Below, piece after piece: positions 60,508 to 64,000 of a DNA stretch of 64,000 nucleotides; within the stretch, counting starts at the first letter, position 1, and every line of letters begins with the position of its first letter. Under the pieces are notes generated by a model. That model was given only the letters and a program-made list of their open reading frames with translations, did not search any database and had not been told where the DNA came from. The DNA is from Faecousia sp. (GTDB lineage Bacteria; Bacillota; Clostridia; Oscillospirales; Oscillospiraceae), in contig JAZNIG010000060.1 of NCBI GenBank assembly GCA_045577355.1, positions 934 through 64,933 on the forward strand, in the 5' to 3' direction. A program made the position numbers and the translations under genes.

Positions 60508-61980
60508 TTAAATAGGAGGAACTGGGGTTGGTCTGGCAGGATCAAAAACAGTGTCCACATCGAACAGGTCTTCCAGCATTTCAGGGTCGTAGTACATTCG
60601 GTATCCGTCAAGGTTTCTGCGGCCGCCGCGAAAGTAGTTGTTTCCGAGCTGGCACCATGCTATGTGACCGTCTACATTATAGAAGTAACGATAGCCATCT
60701 TCATATAAAGCACTGAACTTTTGATTATTAAAAGTGTATTTTTCAATACCGGCGATATCGGAGCCGTAAGGATATAGGATAATATCTGTTTCGCCAATAA
60801 TAGGCTGCACAGTGGTCTCCCATTTGTCAGAATCATTTTCCACCTGTTGAGCAGAAATGTTACCGTAGGCAGGGTGACCAAACGTGTGACTGGCAAGAAT
60901 CCAACCGTGATCTCGCAGGCATTGTGCTACTTGTTTTGCCGCTTCCACTTCTTTTTGGTAAGTCTCCGAGCCCAGTGCAGCTTCATATGCAGGTTTTGTT
61001 CGATAGCCGAACACACCTTCATAGCCAGTCATGCCCAAAACCGCTCTTGCTCCGTGATACGAAAAGTCTGGATGCTGCTGAATGAAACGTTCTAATAGGG
61101 GGACAAGGTCGTAGTCACCAAATGTAATATTACCATTTTTATCCAAATACTCACAGGTTGGATAACCATCCTCGCCGATCACAATTCTGCTGGCAAATCC
61201 GTCACCCGTAGTATCTGCAAAGGCTGGGATCTCATCCACACCGTCTTGAGCAGAGATCATGTAACCATAGTAATTTAGGTCGTCCTGACTCATAACAAAA
61301 GGGGTTTTTCCTTTTGGTAGGCGAATATTGCCATAGGTGAAATGTGTACCGGTTTCATCTGTGATTTCATATGCTATATCATATGGCGTAACAAGAACAT
61401 ATCCTCTGTCATACATTTGCTGCAGTATGGCGTTGAACTCGTCCACGGTTGTCATATACTGGTTGTACCCACCATTGGTATATTCATTATCGAAAGCGCG
61501 GCTGGGATCAACAATTAGCGAATGGAAAAAAATGTGGGTTATGCTGCTCATATTGGGGTAAGAAACTAGTTGACTGTCCAGTTGTTGATATTCTGAGACT
61601 TTTGCCGCCAGTTCTGGGATGCTGTCATAATATGCAAAGCTTTGCAACATTCCAATTGCTTTCTGATAGTCATATCCAGCAGCAATAAAGTCGGCTTGAT
61701 TTATCAGCTCGTTTGCATGAAGTTGAATTTCTGCCTGTGAAACAGTAGCCTCTGTGGTTTCTCCGGTGGATTCTATAGTGGGAGTGCTTGGATTATCAGG
61801 AACGCTTTGCCGAAAAACGCCCGAAATTGCACCGACACCAAGTGTTAGCAGAGCTATGAGGGCAAGTATAATCAGCCCAAATCGAATCGGAGGCCAATAC
61901 TTCCGAAGTATCCGCCACTTGGGCTGTTTTTTGGCGCGCCTGACAGGCGGCCAGGGATGTCTGATGTTCTGTTCCTGCAT
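60508..61980 (-). CDS. Membrane-anchored polysaccharide deacetylase-like protein (CE4)
   Basis: TM; HIFFHSL, MSQDD, ASHTFGH, YPYG; RBS GAGGAG. Confidence 0.8.
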   Translation of the reverse strand: MQEQNIRHPWPPVRRAKKQPKWRILRKYWPPIRFGLIILALIALLTLGVGAISGVFRQSVPDNPSTPTIESTGETTEATVSQAEIQLHANELINQADFIAAGYDYQKAIGMLQSFAYYDSIPELAAKVSEYQQLDSQLVSYPNMSSITHIFFHSLIVDPSRAFDNEYTNGGYNQYMTTVDEFNAILQQMYDRGYVLVTPYDIAYEITDETGTHFTYGNIRLPKGKTPFVMSQDDLNYYGYMISAQDGVDEIPAFADTTGDGFASRIVIGEDGYPTCEYLDKNGNITFGDYDLVPLLERFIQQHPDFSYHGARAVLGMTGYEGVFGYRTKPAYEAALGSETYQKEVEAAKQVAQCLRDHGWILASHTFGHPAYGNISAQQVENDSDKWETTVQPIIGETDIILYPYGSDIAGIEKYTFNNQKFSALYEDGYRYFYNVDGHIAWCQLGNNYFRGGRRNLDGYRMYYDPEMLEDLFDVDTVFDPARPTPVPPI

Positions 61981-62093
61981 AATGGGCTCCTCGCATGATA
62001 AAGATGTATGAGCTTCTATATAATCATTATAGCAACCAAATTTGATACATGCAACCATTATTCGACAAAGAATTTAGGTTTTTGGGAATGTAT

Positions 62094-62126
62094 AAAAAAA
62101 TACCGGCTCCAAATGGAGTCGGTATT
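62094..62126 (-). terminator. Rho-independent terminator
   Basis: Minus strand AATACCGACTCCA-TT-TGGAGCCGGTA followed by a T run. Confidence 0.7.
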
Positions 62127-62137
62127 AGAAAGACGCG

Positions 62138-62428
62138 TTATTTTCCTGCAAGAGCTCTTTCCAGCCAAACACAGCCGAAGTCCAGTGCTGTATAAAGCCC
62201 GGCCTTTTCACTCTTTTTAACAATCCGGTCCCGGCTTTTGGCAGCAGGGTCGGTCAACTGAAGCTGAACGGACACACGGGTAGCGATTTCTACACCGTTT
62301 ATTTTTTTAGATTCCAGGATCTGAAGCATGACAATATGGCTATCGGCCATGGAGCCATAATAAATCAGGTTATCTTTCCGCATTAGCGGATGACCTTTGT
62401 ACATTAGACAATTCGTTTCTTCGGACAT
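62138..62428 (-). CDS. Hypothetical protein (96 aa)
   Basis: RBS AAGGAGG; co-oriented downstream of ireB. Confidence 0.8.
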   Translation of the reverse strand: MSEETNCLMYKGHPLMRKDNLIYYGSMADSHIVMLQILESKKINGVEIATRVSVQLQLTDPAAKSRDRIVKKSEKAGLYTALDFGCVWLERALAGK

Positions 62429-62490
62429 AGGTACCTCCTTAAGACAATAGCGTTGGGAGACTTTTGCGGTGGCAAAAGCCCCCCGGCAGG

Positions 62491-62751
62491 TTATTGATTT
62501 TCAAACAGATAGCAGTGCACCAGCTCCTGCAGAAGTTCATCCCGATCAATCTTACAAATCATGCTGCGGGCATTGTTGTAATTGGTGATATAGGTGGGAT
62601 CCTCTGTAAGCAGGTAGCCAACAATTTGATTAATAGGATTGTAGCCTTTCTCATTCAGAGCGTCGAACACACTCCGGAGAATACGGCGCATATTCTCTTT
62701 GTCATCAGTAGGTACGGTGAACTTAATGGTATTCTTGGTGCTTTCCGTCAT
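62491..62751 (-). CDS. ireB: IreB-family regulatory phosphoprotein (UPF0297/DUF965)
   Basis: [23 protein letters not shown]...AR...IDRDELL; own promoter TTTACA-N17-TATAAT at 62782-62810. Confidence 0.93.
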   Translation of the reverse strand: MTESTKNTIKFTVPTDDKENMRRILRSVFDALNEKGYNPINQIVGYLLTEDPTYITNYNNARSMICKIDRDELLQELVHCYLFENQ

Positions 62752-62842
62752 GGGAACGACCTCCTTCCGAATATTAACGTTATTATATCCCAATTTTTGC
62801 GGGGTGTAAAGTCCCTTAACATAAATTTTATAAAAATGACCG

Positions 62843-64000
62843 TTATCTAAGCACTGCACCCAGCTTCTCATTTAGTGCGCTGAGGACTTTAGCAATTACT
62901 TGCTCAGAATCTGCATCTGTCAGAGTGCGATCATCGGCTCTCAGCTCCAGAGAGAATGCTAGGCTTTTTTTACCTTCAGCAATTCCGGTGCCGCGATAGA
63001 TATCAAACAGTTGGATTCCGCGAAGGAGCTTACCTGCCGAATGGGAAATGACATCCTCAATTTGAGCTACTGTAATTTCTTCAGCACATACAATGGCCAA
63101 GTCCCTGACAACAGTTGGGTACTTTGGCAGAGGAACGTATGTGGGTTCAGGAAGCTGCAGGTCGAACAGAACCGTAAAATTAATTTCTGCGCAATAGACC
63201 TCACAATCCAAACCGTAGTTCTTGGCAACCAGGGGGTGGATCTGGCCTATATAACCTACATCAACACCACCAACGCTGACCTTAGCGCAGCGGCCAGGGT
63301 GATAGGTGGGGTTGTCCTTAACCGCAGCATAGCTGGCCTTCCGAATACGCAGGTTGGAGAAAACAGCCTCAAGCTCACCTTTCAGCGTAAAGAAGTTCTC
63401 ACCGGCACCATAGGTGCCCAGAACTAAAATTTTGGGTTCCTGAGGAAGGAGCTGGCCTTCAACAGGAAGATAGATCTTTGCCAACTCGTACAGCTTGGCG
63501 GATTTGTTGTGATATGCGTTGTTCCGGGATAAAATGTCCAACATAGAGGGCAGAGCGGTGGTGCGCATCACAGAGGTATCTTCGCCAAGAGGGTTCTGGA
63601 TTCGCAGGGTTTTACGCAGCGGTGAATTCTCTGGCAGGCGGATTTGATCAAAAATAGCAGGGGATACGAAAGAATAAGTGATAATCTCACTATAGCCCAA
63701 AGCTCGGCAGATAGAACCGGCTTTAGCTTCCAGCTTCATAATAGGGGAGTAGTCACCCTGGGTGGAAGTCTTAAAATCTGTGGTAGGGATTTCGTTATAG
63801 CCATAGGAACGACCCACTTCCTCTGCAATATCAGCCATTAGATTCAGGTCAGGACGCCAAGAGGGAACGTGAATGGTGTCTCCGTCCACAGGAATCTCCA
63901 GCAGACTCAAATATTTGACCATATTCTCTTTAGAGATATTAGTACCCAGCAGAGCGTTGATTTTTTCAGGCTGGAGTGCAACTGTTTTCGGCTCGGGAAT
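62843..64000 (-). CDS. pheT: Phenylalanine--tRNA ligase beta subunit (5'-truncated by window)
   Basis: VPSWRPDL...[39 protein letters not shown]. Confidence 0.96.
   Translation of the reverse strand: MPEPKTVALQPEKINALLGTNISKENMVKYLSLLEIPVDGDTIHVPSWRPDLNLMADIAEEVGRSYGYNEIPTTDFKTSTQGDYSPIMKLEAKAGSICRALGYSEIITYSFVSPAIFDQIRLPENSPLRKTLRIQNPLGEDTSVMRTTALPSMLDILSRNNAYHNKSAKLYELAKIYLPVEGQLLPQEPKILVLGTYGAGENFFTLKGELEAVFSNLRIRKASYAAVKDNPTYHPGRCAKVSVGGVDVGYIGQIHPLVAKNYGLDCEVYCAEINFTVLFDLQLPEPTYVPLPKYPTVVRDLAIVCAEEITVAQIEDVISHSAGKLLRGIQLFDIYRGTGIAEGKKSLAFSLELRADDRTLTDADSEQVIAKVLSALNEKLGAVLR

Overview
Mostly core-genome DNA from a spore-forming clostridial Firmicute; Oscillospiraceae-like is an inference from gene order and content. 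In order: the end of an esterase-esterase-ATP-grasp cluster, an ArsR regulator, argGHCJBDF with an ARG box, a convergent polar amino-acid ABC transporter, murC-ddl-DUF1934, a VanW-family protein, prs-pth-mfd, a GH36-like glycosidase, T-box cysS-polA-rimI-tsaD, an aroF-tyrA-aroB-aroA-aroC-pheA-aroE/K-aroQ operon, an atypical membrane Ser/Thr kinase divergent from a zinc-ribbon/Ig protein, ispE-spoIIR-addBA, spoVAD-spoVAE, ireB and partial pheT. No transposase, integrase, prophage, CRISPR array, rRNA or tRNA was seen. The most interesting signals lie below the ORF-track cutoff: (1) a 38-aa (Asn-Gln)13 peptide gene with its own RBS and a forespore-type promoter after spoVAE; (2) a Phe/Tyr-rich leader peptide with classical attenuator structure before the aro operon; (3) a 26-aa acidic peptide unit with a SigE-like promoter; (4) an unassigned ~175-nt structured RNA candidate; (5) GTAG-type REP/REPIN elements; (6) a DnaA-box cluster away from dnaA; (7) an NGxVTEDG motif shared by two unrelated surface proteins. 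All family calls come from motif recognition by eye, not database searches.
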